Source of the DNA: an uncultured virus (IMG/VR IMGVR_UViG_3300002170_000002)
Lineage: Duplodnaviria; Heunggongvirae; Uroviricota; Caudoviricetes
Direction: 5' to 3' (one strand)
Virus record (IMG/VR): IMGVR_UViG_3300002170_000002
Span: 1-64,000 of that record
Length of the DNA stretch: 64,000 bases
Shown: piece by piece, positions 18,924-28,530 of the stretch
Layout of the letters: every line of letters starts with the position of its first letter
Numbering within the stretch: position 1 is the first letter of the stretch
Notes under the pieces: model-generated
Databases searched by the model: none
Told to the model about the DNA's origin: nothing
Seen by the model: the letters and a program-made list of their open reading frames with translations, nothing else
Made by a program: the position numbers and the translations under genes

Positions 18924-19571
18924 TTATTCTTGAATCTTTTTGTTTTCTAATCTCAGCTTCTCTTCTGCCATAGCCTTTCCTAAAGCAGCATATTCATTGG
19001 CATCCTCTTTCTTAGACCCGGGAGCACCAACTCCAGCGGGCAGGTTCTTACCTTTGGGAATCCATCCAGAATATTCTTTAGGTTCTTCTTGTACAGGCTT
19101 AAAAAGAAATGCTTTCTCCTCGAATAGTTTATTCTTAGCTTCTTCTAATCCACCAACAACTTCTCCATTCTCATTGAACTTCACAGGGCTCATGTCCAAA
19201 AGACTATAGACCAATTCAGCATCATTGGGAACCTTTTCAGCATCATTCATAATATTCAGCATGACATGAAACTTCTTATTGGCTTCCATGATAGCTGCCT
19301 TTGATTCTTCCTGTGCTTTCTGAATCTCTTCTGCCTTATCAGACAATTGCCTCTTTAGGGTTTCTACCTCTTCCCCTGATTCTGAGAACTTCTCAATGTC
19401 CTTTTGGAGGGTATCGATTTGCTCTTCTAAACTATTCTTCTTGTTATTGACAGTATCAAACCTCTCTTTCGGGATGTACTGCCCAGCAATCTCCTGATTA
19501 TGTAAATCGATAACTGCCTTTACAATATCATCACTTAGGTTTAATTCTGCAATCTTGTCCTTAAAACTCAT
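18924..19571 (-). CDS. Capsid scaffolding protein (Phage_GP20-like)
   Basis: YIPKERFD.VN, coiled coil, GGLEE......K.FLF; start moved to ATG 19571 after SD AAGGAGG. Confidence 0.85.
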   Translation of the reverse strand: MSFKDKIAELNLSDDIVKAVIDLHNQEIAGQYIPKERFDTVNNKKNSLEEQIDTLQKDIEKFSESGEEVETLKRQLSDKAEEIQKAQEESKAAIMEANKKFHVMLNIMNDAEKVPNDAELVYSLLDMSPVKFNENGEVVGGLEEAKNKLFEEKAFLFKPVQEEPKEYSGWIPKGKNLPAGVGAPGSKKEDANEYAALGKAMAEEKLRLENKKIQE

Positions 19572-19728
19572 TTTTACCTCCTTCAAGTTTTACATCTTTG
19601 AGGATGATTAGAGATAGAATCTGAAGTTAACTAAATAAAATAGTTAAAACTTTAACAGATGTTTACATCAACTTACATTGAATCATATAATCTGATTAAA
19701 TGCAATTTTTTAATGGTGTTAGGGGAGA

Positions 19729-20631
19729 TTAAAGAAGTAGTTCCATAATTGTTCTACAATTAAAGTGGAAGGGAGGAATATTCACCCCTACTTCACCTTC
19801 CCAAATGAAGAACTCTTTCCCATGAATATGCTTACAGAACTCAGTAGTTCTGTTATCCAATACAGCAACCACCCGAAACTTCTCCACTCCTCCTCTTTCC
19901 CCACCATTTTTCATAGCAAGGTTAAAGGCATAGTTATTTCTTAATACTAAATGAGCCTTGTGATTATTCTGGAAGGCTTTAAGAACTGCCTCTACACTGG
20001 TACGATAAGGGTAATTGGTATTCAAACTCCTGATAGTAGAGGTAACAATACTTCCAACTGCCCCATAGTACATAGTATCTAAGGCATCTTCAAAACTTCT
20101 TTTGTCATTAGGTAACACTGCATCCAAAATGACAGCATAATTCCTATCGATTTCACTTTCTAAACCATAGTATTCTACAATCTCCCCTAAAGAAGCTGTG
20201 TAGTTATCCAATATGGTTTCTTCACTCTCTCCAAAAGTTACACCTAACTCTTCAATAATGACAATGTAAATCATGACCTCAATGTATTGCTCCATTTTCA
20301 GCCTTGTCACATATTCATTAGAGCGTACCAATTGAGTTAAACCTCTCAATTCTGTTCTGGGCAAATGGCGGATTCTGGTTCGCATATCTAAAATCACATC
20401 TAAGGGAACATACTGCTCCTTAAAATTTACCTCAACATTCCCAGTGGTTGCATCCTTAGGGAAGTCAGAAATAATTCCTTTGAACTCACGATAAAGCCTA
20501 ACTAATTTATCACTACATTTCTTTACCGCTCTATCGGTAGCAGTTAAAAGAGGCTCTATTCTTTGTTCATTATTTAACATCAATTGTACAACTGGATACT
20601 TCTCAATGATTTCTCTGTAATCGGATTCCAT
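19729..20631 (-). CDS. Minor head protein (SPP1 gp7 / Mu F-like)
   Basis: AVLDNRTTEFC...HGK.F and GVNIPPFHFNCRT. Confidence 0.9.
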   Translation of the reverse strand: MESDYREIIEKYPVVQLMLNNEQRIEPLLTATDRAVKKCSDKLVRLYREFKGIISDFPKDATTGNVEVNFKEQYVPLDVILDMRTRIRHLPRTELRGLTQLVRSNEYVTRLKMEQYIEVMIYIVIIEELGVTFGESEETILDNYTASLGEIVEYYGLESEIDRNYAVILDAVLPNDKRSFEDALDTMYYGAVGSIVTSTIRSLNTNYPYRTSVEAVLKAFQNNHKAHLVLRNNYAFNLAMKNGGERGGVEKFRVVAVLDNRTTEFCKHIHGKEFFIWEGEVGVNIPPFHFNCRTIMELLL

Positions 20632-20658
20632 TGTACTCTACCTCCTCTCTATTTTATG

Positions 20659-22455
20659 CTACCTCTTATTTTCAAGACTCTTTTGGCGTGATACTTGATT
20701 TACAGTCCTACTATTCCTCTCCTTGTCAATAGCAGTTCTACTTCTGGAAGGATATTGGTCGTTTGTAAAGTTCTTCTGGGTCACACCCTTATCCCCTAAA
20801 TCATTGGGGGGAGAAAGAGATGGGTCTACCTTCTGGAATTCTTTCATCTGCTCCATCATATCTTCCAATTGTTTAATTCTCTCTTCCTCCTTATATTCCA
20901 ACTCTTCCTCTACATTTTCAACATAGGGATGGTTAGCAAGGTTGGTTCTCTCAGACAGTATTCCAGCACTTCTCTGAGCATTCAGGACAGCTACCTCTTC
21001 ATCAATAATTAAGTCTTTTCTAAACAAGATACGATATTGAATATTCGAGTAGTCATTCCCTGTTCTCCTTTTAATATCATGGAGAATAAACCAAATCACT
21101 TTATCCATGGAGGTAAGAAATTCACTAATTAAATCATCTGTGGCTGTGTCCAAGTCTGCATAACGGAACTTTAGAGCCACCCCAGAAGCATTCCCTAAGG
21201 AAGCCTCTTGTGTATCCACTGTACTTGAGCCTTCATAAATATCTTTCCTGAGTCGATTTAGGGTCTCCTCAAAAGACTTAATATCAAACTTCGTTTCTAA
21301 GGTATGGGCATCCCCATCATCTCTAATGAAGATGGTTCGATATTTAGATACAAACTCCGTAAAGGCTTCAGGGTCAGTTCCCATGTAGTTCTTAATGACC
21401 TTAATGGAGTTAGGGATATCAACTAAGATATTTACGATTGTAGAAGTAACGGCATCATATTCATCTAACAGATTTCCAATAAGAGATATCATAGGTAGTT
21501 CATACTTATTATCTCTAAAGGCAATCCAAGGGATTCTCTCCCAAGCCATATCTATTGTTTCTTGTTCTTCATTTATCACCTTAAAGTGGGGCTCAAAAAA
21601 GGATGGTTCATCGGGGTCTACCACAACTCCATCATCATTTCTTTCATAATGAAAAATCCCTTTAGGGGTAAAATAAAGAATCTTCAATACTTCTCTTTTC
21701 TCTAATTTATTTGTCTTTTGACTTCTTTCATACTTATGAACAGTATAGTAATAAATAAGAGCATCTAACGTCTTTTTCTCTTCATCTGCCCAGAAAGGAA
21801 TCACTTTCTCTGCGGGCACACTTCGTAACTGCAACTTCCCTTCTTCATTGTAATTTACATAGACCCAGCATAAACCCTTAATGACAGCTTCTCTACCGAT
21901 GTCCTTTAGGTCTCTCTTAAACTCATTAGTGAAGTAGTTATTGTTTAGTTCTGTAATCAATTCCTTGACTACTTCAGCATCCTCACCCTTTTTCTTTTGC
22001 CCAGAACTATCTAAATTAGATTCTGTCGTAATACTAAAGGGTTTAGACAAGGCATAGTTTGTTTTTTGATTCACAATCTTTCTCATCAAAGGATGGTTCA
22101 ATCTGGCATTATGCATTCTGGAATCTTCTTCTAACAAGCCATCTTGATTGATATATTTCCTTTTGAAATCTTTTGCTGGGGTATTATTTTTATAGTAATC
22201 TAAGGAACGCAGCATCTCTCCCCTTACTTCACTATTTTCCCATTCTGCAATCTCAGCTTCAATAAATTCAGTTTGGTCTTTCAACTCAACCATAACCTTC
22301 TCTACATCAGCTTCTTCTAAAGAATCTGTACCAATTACGGACTGCAAATACCGCATGGCACTTAGTTCAGACATCCCTAAGCTATGTAACCCGGGAATTT
22401 GCCCCAAATATCGTGTAATATCAGGGGCAATAGAAGAGTTATCTGAATAAGGCAT
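20659..22455 (-). CDS. Portal protein (SPP1 gp6-like)
   Basis: KIVNQK..Y, IPWI.F.DN, GNASGVALKFRYADLD and NHPYVE motifs; start at ATG 22455 after SD AGGAGG. Confidence 0.92.
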   Translation of the reverse strand: MPYSDNSSIAPDITRYLGQIPGLHSLGMSELSAMRYLQSVIGTDSLEEADVEKVMVELKDQTEFIEAEIAEWENSEVRGEMLRSLDYYKNNTPAKDFKRKYINQDGLLEEDSRMHNARLNHPLMRKIVNQKTNYALSKPFSITTESNLDSSGQKKKGEDAEVVKELITELNNNYFTNEFKRDLKDIGREAVIKGLCWVYVNYNEEGKLQLRSVPAEKVIPFWADEEKKTLDALIYYYTVHKYERSQKTNKLEKREVLKILYFTPKGIFHYERNDDGVVVDPDEPSFFEPHFKVINEEQETIDMAWERIPWIAFRDNKYELPMISLIGNLLDEYDAVTSTIVNILVDIPNSIKVIKNYMGTDPEAFTEFVSKYRTIFIRDDGDAHTLETKFDIKSFEETLNRLRKDIYEGSSTVDTQEASLGNASGVALKFRYADLDTATDDLISEFLTSMDKVIWFILHDIKRRTGNDYSNIQYRILFRKDLIIDEEVAVLNAQRSAGILSERTNLANHPYVENVEEELEYKEEERIKQLEDMMEQMKEFQKVDPSLSPPNDLGDKGVTQKNFTNDQYPSRSRTAIDKERNSRTVNQVSRQKSLENKR

Positions 22456-22529
22456 ATTCCACCTCCTATTTCTCTTGAGTGATGAATAACTCCCCTCTAT
22501 GAGGCAAGTTATTTGATACAAAAGGCTAT

Positions 22530-24488
22530 TTAGTAAGTAAATCCAGTAACCATTTTCTTAGGATTCTTAGAACCAAACAAGAAGGTATCTCTACAAACAT
22601 CTTGTGTACCATACCTTAGAGCATCCATGCTATGTGAAAAGTCATGAGCAGGTTTCTCCTTCATTTGGTCTGTCTGACTATCCTTCTGCCATGCATAGTT
22701 ACTAATCTCTAACTGTACATTATGGCACTCAGGATGAATCACTATCCGATAGTCTTGCAATTTACGAATCCCGTTGAGCACACTATCTGCACCCTTCTTT
22801 ACTGGATAAATACTACTTAAGCCTAATAAATATAATTCATTGATACTTCTACTGTCAGCACTATCTGCATAAATAGGAGCATCCTTGAATCCTAAATGAG
22901 TGATGGCATCTACAATCTGCTGGTTTGAGGCACCAGACTTATAATACTCCCAACCCACATAAAGGGTTCTGGAAGGTTCATGAGCTACCCCTGCTACAAA
23001 AGCTGTAGGGTCTACAAACCCTAAGTCTAAGCCAGCAAACAACCGATAATCTTTCTCTTCTGGATTATAAGCCAACTGTAAGTATCGATTACGGTTGTAG
23101 TTATCTACTAACCAACCAGTGTCTCCACCATCCATTCCATATTGCTGATAGATGATTCCTTCAGAAACTCCCCATTCCCCCATTCCTTCAATTCTATAAC
23201 GCATAGGGAAGTTCTTTTTCATATCTTCCATAATCTCTAAGAACTGGGGGTCATTAAATTCATTATGATAGTAGTTTCTGGTTAAGGCTGTGGTTAAATG
23301 AGGTGAGCCATCAAAGAACCTCCTCTTGCCCCACCACTTATCACTCCATGGGTTAAGGGTAAGGATGATTTGATAGAACAGAGGTTCAGGTAAAGTTCCA
23401 CGAATGGAAAGGTCAAGTTTATCAAAGTCAGTTTCTCTCTCGATTTGAAAAGCCTCTTCACAATTATGTTGCAGATATATCGTTTCCATATATCTTCTAC
23501 AAGTTTCCCTGTAGTTCAGACTATATCTTTACTAAAGTTAATTATTTAACAATCTAAGTTAAAAATTAAATATTAGTACCCCCCGTTTCAAGCATACTTA
23601 TGCCTTACTCCTTACGGATAGTCGTTACACGTTCCTATCGTAGATAGGCTTCGCTCGGTATTGCCCTCACCATTATGTGTTAGGGGGTTCACCGAATTAG
23701 AGGGGTTTAATGTGAACCATAGTATTAATCCACACCCAACATAAATGTCCAAACTCAGTAGTGACAGATGTTACGGAGTCCATGTTGTCCGCCATATATT
23801 TCGAGGTATTCTACAATGGTCGTTAAGCATTGTACGCACTTTATCTAAAGATTAACAATCAAAGATAAAATACAGCTGCATATTGCTATGCAGTTTAGAC
23901 TATATCTTCAATATCCAAATAGATACTGCTCACCGTTTCCACTCACTTGAGTGTACTCCCTTTCGGGATAGTCGTTGCACGTTCCCATTATTCATGGGCT
24001 TCGCTCAGGATTGTCTTTTTACAAAGAGTTCCCCTGAATTAGATGAGTTTTACAAGGGCACAGACAGGCTCACCCTTAAATATAATCTTGCCACCACTGG
24101 GTAAATAGGTCAACTGCATTGGGTTCATAGTGACCTTCCATTTATGAGCTACTCCAAATCGATTGATTACCTTATTTAATAGGGCAAAAGTAGAGTCTTT
24201 ATGGGTATTAAAGAATCTTCTAATCACCAATGTATTGGGAACCACATCATACTTATGATAGTAATACATCATATTATAGATAATCTTTTGAGCAGCATTA
24301 AATGACTTTTTAGAAGAACGTGAACCCTTTAACACTAAGTATCTATCTTTACTATTCCAAAAGTCAGCATAATTTCTCCCTACTGCCTTTTGTATATCTA
24401 TTTGGTTATCCTTAGTTAAGATAGTAGGGTCAGCATTCTTATTGGGTTTATTTCTTTCCAATCTTGCCAACTCCTGTTTTGCCAGCAT
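22530..24488 (-). CDS. terL: Terminase large subunit (PBSX family) in three exons: 24488-24072, 23792-23728, 23460-22530; about 470 aa after splicing
   Basis: Walker A GSRSSKKS. Spliced junctions read KIIFKG|ADNMDSVTSVTTEFGHLCWVW-I|EEAFQI, restoring Walker B. Also LNPWS, nuclease GLDLGFVDP and HSMDALRY motifs. Confidence 0.92.
23461..23727 (-). ncRNA. Group I intron 2 in terL (267 nt, no ORF)
   Basis: 5' splice after U (TGTGGAT pairs with GTTCACA, ending in U-G); P7 elements GACTA and AAGATATAGTC; terminal G at 23461; removal restores the reading frame. Confidence 0.88.
23793..24071 (-). ncRNA. Group I intron 1 in terL (279 nt, no ORF)
   Basis: Exon AAGGGT pairs with IGS GCCCTT (U-G at splice site); TGTCTGT pairs with the 3' exon GCGGACA (P10); P7 GACTA / AAGATATAGTC; terminal G at 23793. 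Confidence 0.9.
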
Positions 24489-24527
24489 TCATTCACCTCC
24501 TTTTCTAAAAATGGGGGAAAAGAAGAA

Positions 24528-25331
24528 CTAATCTTCGATTATTTCACTATCTACAAAAGTAACAGCATCAGACTGTCTTAATCCTTCCCCATCAAAACCA
24601 AACATAGCGTTCAATTCCTTAACAGATTCAGTAATGGCAGCTTGAGTATTCTTAGACAATCTTCTNCCAGCCAATAACTTAGCTGTTTCTTCCATAGCCT
24701 TTCTTTCATCCCACATTCCTTCTTCTACATTCTCTTTAATTAAGGCTAATCGCATCTCTAAAGCAGTATTATTATCTTGAATCTCTTCTTCTGCTGCCTG
24801 TATAAGGTTTCTAAGAGCTCTTGTACTATCTTCCCTACTCCACATAGCCCTTTCTACGAACATAAGGTCTAATTTAGACTCTATGTACTGTTTATAAGCT
24901 ATCATATAAGGTTTTTTCTCTAAAGTTCTGGCTCTGGCTACCATAGTAGAGGATTTAAGGGGTTTCCTTGTCTTTTTATCTGTCTTACCAAAAGCCTGAA
25001 TGTATGCATCCTCTAAAGTAAACCCAGATACCCTTAATTCACCAAACTGCTTCTCATCTTGAGAAAGGGGGAAAAGAGGAATTTGATACTCTTCCATTAA
25101 AGATTCCCCATCCATAATACTTTTCACTAAGTTCTGGTAACCAAAGCCCCTATCTACAGGGGTATCCCAAGGCTCTCCACTTTTAGTAGAATCTTTATAC
25201 ATCTCTTTATCATATTCATCCAGTCTATCCCAAGGATTGTCATCTCTATCCTTGTTATTTTCATCCCAAGGATTGTCATCTCTATCTAATTCACTGTCTA
25301 ACCTCTCCTCATCTATCCTTTCATTACTCAC
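24528..25331 (-). CDS. terS: Terminase small subunit, with acidic N-terminal extension
   Basis: Immediately upstream of terL; HTH-like LS..EKQF.......DAY.QAF...A..L...P.M.AY; A...LN.MFG near the end; N-terminal DRDDNPWD repeats. Confidence 0.7.
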   Translation of the reverse strand: MSNERIDEERLDSELDRDDNPWDENNKDRDDNPWDRLDEYDKEMYKDSTKSGEPWDTPVDRGFGYQNLVKSIMDGESLMEEYQIPLFPLSQDEKQFGELRVSGFTLEDAYIQAFGKTDKKTRKPLKSSTMVARARTLEKKPYMIAYKQYIESKLDLMFVERAMWSREDSTRALRNLIQAAEEEIQDNNTALEMRLALIKENVEEGMWDERKAMEETAKLLAXRRLSKNTQAAITESVKELNAMFGFDGEGLRQSDAVTFVDSEIIED

Positions 25332-25554
25332 TCTATTTCACCTCCCTATACTCTTCTATTCTCTCATTCCCTTCTTTTTCTAACAAAGTGGGGGAAATAT
25401 TTACCAATCACATTAGTGATTGGGGAAGAAAGAATTTAACAGAATTCCACATAGTAAGAAAAATATATTATATAATACTATACTATACAAACTAAGACCA
25501 AAGTAAAGTTCACTAAAGTGTACATTCCATTAGACATTAATACATCAACTACTA

Positions 25555-25597
25555 TTTATAGCACAGAACCTATAATTATGCAATTTTTCAATGGTGT
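25555..25597 (-). promoter_or_regulatory. Putative late promoter for the packaging operon
   Basis: ACACCATT-6bp-TTGCAT-17bp-TATAAA with extended TG. Confidence 0.55.
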
Positions 25598-26450
25598 AAA
25601 GCCCTTTAACAATTATTTAACTATTGGGGGGGAGAAGAGAATACCAAAATACATATAATAAATATACATATAGAGAAAAGAATATCATATAGTAATAATA
25701 CTATATAGTATATACATTAGAATGACAATAAATTGACAATGAGGATAAATAACCTATTAGATAATCTATATACAAAACCTTTAGTAAATTCCACGTAGAG
25801 TGTGAAAAAATATACCTTTACTATAAATTTCCACACGAGTGCATATTTATTTTCCTATGGGGCGCATCCCTGCTAAAGTACTTTGACATTGATTTAACAG
25901 AAAACTTTAACAAAGTAAAGTCCCAAAGAACAATGACAAACAAAAGACAATATAATTTAACTATATAATAGAAGAAAGTCATATAGAAGATTGTTAAATA
26001 AAACTTAATGTTTAATGTAACTAAACAGTAAAATGTCTGTATAATGTGTATATTTCAACGTTTGTTAAAGGAAAAAAATAATTAATTCACAAAATAGGAA
26101 TGGATTTATATACTCCATAATCTGTATATAACCGTATACATATACATAAACGGGACTACATTTTCCATACTACCATGCATATGGTCTAATGTTCAAATTT
26201 CAACGTTTAATGCTTATTTTACCCTATGTTACATGCCTATTATATATGCATATATATCCTATACCTTTAGTATCTATACCCTATATGATGTATATCTATT
26301 ATATAGTCTATTAGATTATTCTTTCCCCCAAATTGTTAATAGTTTATCTATTGTATATTATACTGTTTATGGTATACTTAATAGCGTGCTTTTCCCTCCC
26401 CCAATAATTAGTTATCATGGGATAAGAGAATATTATTGCATCTGGGCTAT

Positions 26451-26482
26451 AAAAAAGGATACCCGATTATGGGTATCCTTTC
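26451..26482 (-). terminator. Intrinsic terminator ending the early gene cluster
   Basis: AAAGGATACCC-6nt-GGGTATCCTTT hairpin with a T-run on the minus strand. Confidence 0.8.
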
Positions 26483-26488
26483 ATTGCA

Positions 26489-26710
26489 TTACTTGAAAAT
26501 GTGATATCTTCCACAATCTCTTACAATTGTGTAGTTCTTAAATCTGTAAACTTTCGCTCTTCGTGAAAATGTTAACAGGGTTTCCATTCCCACGATGTGA
26601 TAGGTTCTGTCACTTATTTGTACAATTTCCCTTCCACGAACTATATAGTTCGTGAAAGGTTTGCCGTTCATTACTAAACGGCTGAAGTTGCCATGATATT
26701 TTTTTATCAT
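26489..26710 (-). CDS. Hypothetical early protein
   Basis: ORF track; start moved to ATG 26710 after SD AGGAGG. Confidence 0.65.
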   Translation of the reverse strand: MIKKYHGNFSRLVMNGKPFTNYIVRGREIVQISDRTYHIVGMETLLTFSRRAKVYRFKNYTIVRDCGRYHIFK

Positions 26711-26724
26711 TTTATTTTTTCCTC

Positions 26725-26967
26725 CTACAATTGCATTAACCAATAATACACGCCGTCAACGTGTACTAAAACGCATAGACCATAGTATCCTAATAAATGT
26801 TTGAGGATCTGTTCCTGTAGTTCGTGATTTTCATAACAGTTCGCTATTTCATCGTATATCGTGGATAAATTAACATCCTGATATATAATCTCATAACCTG
26901 AGTTAATGAGTTCCCGTAACTCGTTTTCATCAGTTTCCCATACATAATCTTGTAAAATTTCTGTCAT
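26725..26967 (-). CDS. Hypothetical acidic early protein
   Basis: ORF track; SD AAGGAGG. Confidence 0.7.
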   Translation of the reverse strand: MTEILQDYVWETDENELRELINSGYEIIYQDVNLSTIYDEIANCYENHELQEQILKHLLGYYGLCVLVHVDGVYYWLMQL

Positions 26968-26989
26968 TTTACTTTACCTCCTTAAAGTA

Positions 26990-27286
26990 CTAAATAAACT
27001 TCGTGTCTGTTATTGATTTCTCAACCAACACTGACTGTTGCTTTAGGTTGGTTTTAATATTCAAAGCTAATGCCTTAATCTTTACGGATATATCATCATC
27101 TGATAAGATGATGAGCGTATACGAATCTTCCATTTCGCCGCGCCAAACACCGGCAAAATTCTTTATAAGAGTCGCGCCGTCAATACCGGCACATTCCAAC
27201 AATGCAGTTGTTAAGTTTTTAACATATCCCTCTTCTTTTTCCACGCCATTATGATTCGTGGAAAATGTAACGCTATACTTTATCAT
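26990..27286 (-). CDS. SAM-lyase-like / DUF3574-like small protein (putative anti-restriction)
   Basis: Pattern G.T......GVWRGEMEDS ... A..IK..LKQQSVLV resembles phage SAM lyases and DUF3574. Confidence 0.5.
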   Translation of the reverse strand: MIKYSVTFSTNHNGVEKEEGYVKNLTTALLECAGIDGATLIKNFAGVWRGEMEDSYTLIILSDDDISVKIKALALNIKTNLKQQSVLVEKSITDTKFI

Positions 27287-27304
27287 AGTAAACTCCTCCT
27301 TTTT

Positions 27305-27469
27305 TTACGATTCAAAGAATAAAATTAGGTCAACCATATCATTGAATTGTTGAGCTTCTAAATATTGTAATGCTTTATCATTGTCCTTGAGTTGAGAATA
27401 AAGTCGACCATATAATCCTTGTAATTGTGCTAACATTTTAATGCTGTTTAGTATTTCTTGTTTATTCAT
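27305..27469 (-). CDS. Hypothetical early protein (MNKQEILNSIKMLAQLQGLYGRL...)
   Basis: ORF track; start at ATG 27469 after SD GGAGG. Confidence 0.7.
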   Translation of the reverse strand: MNKQEILNSIKMLAQLQGLYGRLYSQLKDNDKALQYLEAQQFNDMVDLILFFES

Positions 27470-27716
27470 TGAGTCCTCCTTCTTGTACATAGTATTCAGT
27501 TAACAGATCCCATTCAATGGGATCAATTAGTTTATAGATCCGTTCCGCGGCTTTAGCTATGCGCGGATCATTGTCACTCATAAGTGATAGATCCTCGTTG
27601 TCATACTTATGAATGACAACGGCATAGCTATCAAATTTTGCCTCACCATCCCATGGTGAGGTTGCACGGATCACAATGTGATCCTTGATTAAGTTGATCT
27701 TTTCTTGTTTATTCAT
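27462..27716 (-). CDS. Hypothetical early protein, GATC-rich cassette
   Basis: ORF track; own promoter upstream; flanked by an 18-bp direct repeat. Confidence 0.7.
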   Translation of the reverse strand: MNKQEKINLIKDHIVIRATSPWDGEAKFDSYAVVIHKYDNEDLSLMSDNDPRIAKAAERIYKLIDPIEWDLLTEYYVQEGGLNE

Positions 27717-27828
27717 TGTGTTCCCCCCATTTCTTTATTTATTATAAGTATAGCAGATACCCTACCGCTTGTCAATTAAGTTTTTTTATGACCTCATTAA
27801 TTATTCCTATGACCTATAATATTTTTTA

Positions 27829-27924
27829 GGAAAACCTTTTCCTTTGGTTTAACATTCCAAAATAAATAATTATTCGTTTTTACCCTCATTTTACTTAGGG
27901 AAAACGATTTCCTTTGGATTATCA
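27829..27924. promoter_or_regulatory. Pair of GGAAAAC-NN-TTTCC palindromes (LacI-family/cre-like), each followed 6 bp later by TTRWCA
   Basis: 27829-42 and 27899-912; homologous sets at 33317/33388/33453 and 34282/34354/34416. Confidence 0.6.
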
Positions 27925-27950
27925 TTCATAATAATAAATACATGGTATGC

Positions 27951-27979
27951 TTGACTTTTAGGTTTATATCATATATAAT
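27951..27979 (+). promoter_or_regulatory. Plus-strand sigmaA promoter reading into the repeat arrays
   Basis: TTGACT-17bp-TATAAT; no credible ORF downstream. Confidence 0.6.
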
Positions 27980-28023
27980 AAATGGTGGGACAGTACGCCT
28001 ATGATTTAGTTGATAGGTAAACC

Positions 28024-28347
28024 TTGATAGTTATTTGTCAATGGTGATTAACCTGTTAGTTGTTTGTCAATGGTGATTAACCTGTTAGTTATTTGTCAAT
28101 GGTGATTAACTTGTTAAACAGTTCACAAACCCTTTTTGTGAAATGTTTCTCAGATTATGAACTTTGTGAAATGTTTCTCAGATTATGAACTTTGTGAAAT
28201 GTTTCTCAGATTATGAACTTTGTGAAATGTTTNTCAGAATTGGTCTGATAATTATTTCACAGGATATGAACTTTGTTAATTATTTCTCAAAGGTTATATC
28301 CTGTTATTAAATTATCAGAATCTTGGTTATTGACTATATATTATCAA
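28024..28347. repeat. Array of 12 imperfect palindromes at 25-29 bp spacing (29-bp repeat x3, 28-bp repeat x4, plus diverged copies), Rex-operator-like
   Basis: Cores start at 28024, 28053, 28082, 28111, 28136, 28164, 28192, 28220, 28245, 28273, 28301 and 28330; best copy TTGTTAA-ACAG-TTCACAA. Confidence 0.85.
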
Positions 28348-28404
28348 GGTTAAGAATTGTGTATATAAAGTGTCAAAGTAGATATAAAGAAAAAGTTAAG
28401 AATT

Positions 28405-28507
28405 AGCCCTTATAAAGGGTCGGATAAGTCCTTATAAAGGGTCGGATAAGCCCTTATAAAGCAAAGGTTAAGCCCTTATAAAGCAAGGGTTAAGCCCTAT
28501 ATATGTA
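28405..28507 (+). repeat. 22-bp iteron-like array, copy 1 (AGYCCTTATAAAG-N8-A x4, then AGCCCTATATATGTA)
   Basis: Read directly; same architecture at 34631-34733. Confidence 0.9.
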
Positions 28508-28530
28508 AAAAACCTAACAATTAAGTTAGG

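Noticed and set aside
23490..24038. terL as a frameshifted pseudogene, or ORF 23883-24104 as a homing endonuclease
   Set aside because: Two group I introns explain the gap and restore the frame exactly; the plus-strand ORF has no nuclease motif.
24666..24666. Ambiguous base in terS (and another at 28233) as a programmed variable site
   Set aside because: Single N calls are most simply assembly ambiguity or population SNPs; the frame is unaffected.
26233..26496. 87-aa plus-strand ORF in the AT-rich tract
   Set aside because: Low-complexity Tyr/Ile/Ser composition, no SD, and it runs through a terminator hairpin.
28024..28507. Repeat arrays as a CRISPR array
   Set aside because: Units are head-to-tail with no unique 25-45 bp spacers, and there is no cas operon. 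The 28-mer can be phased to begin GTTT and end GAAAT, but that alone is insufficient.
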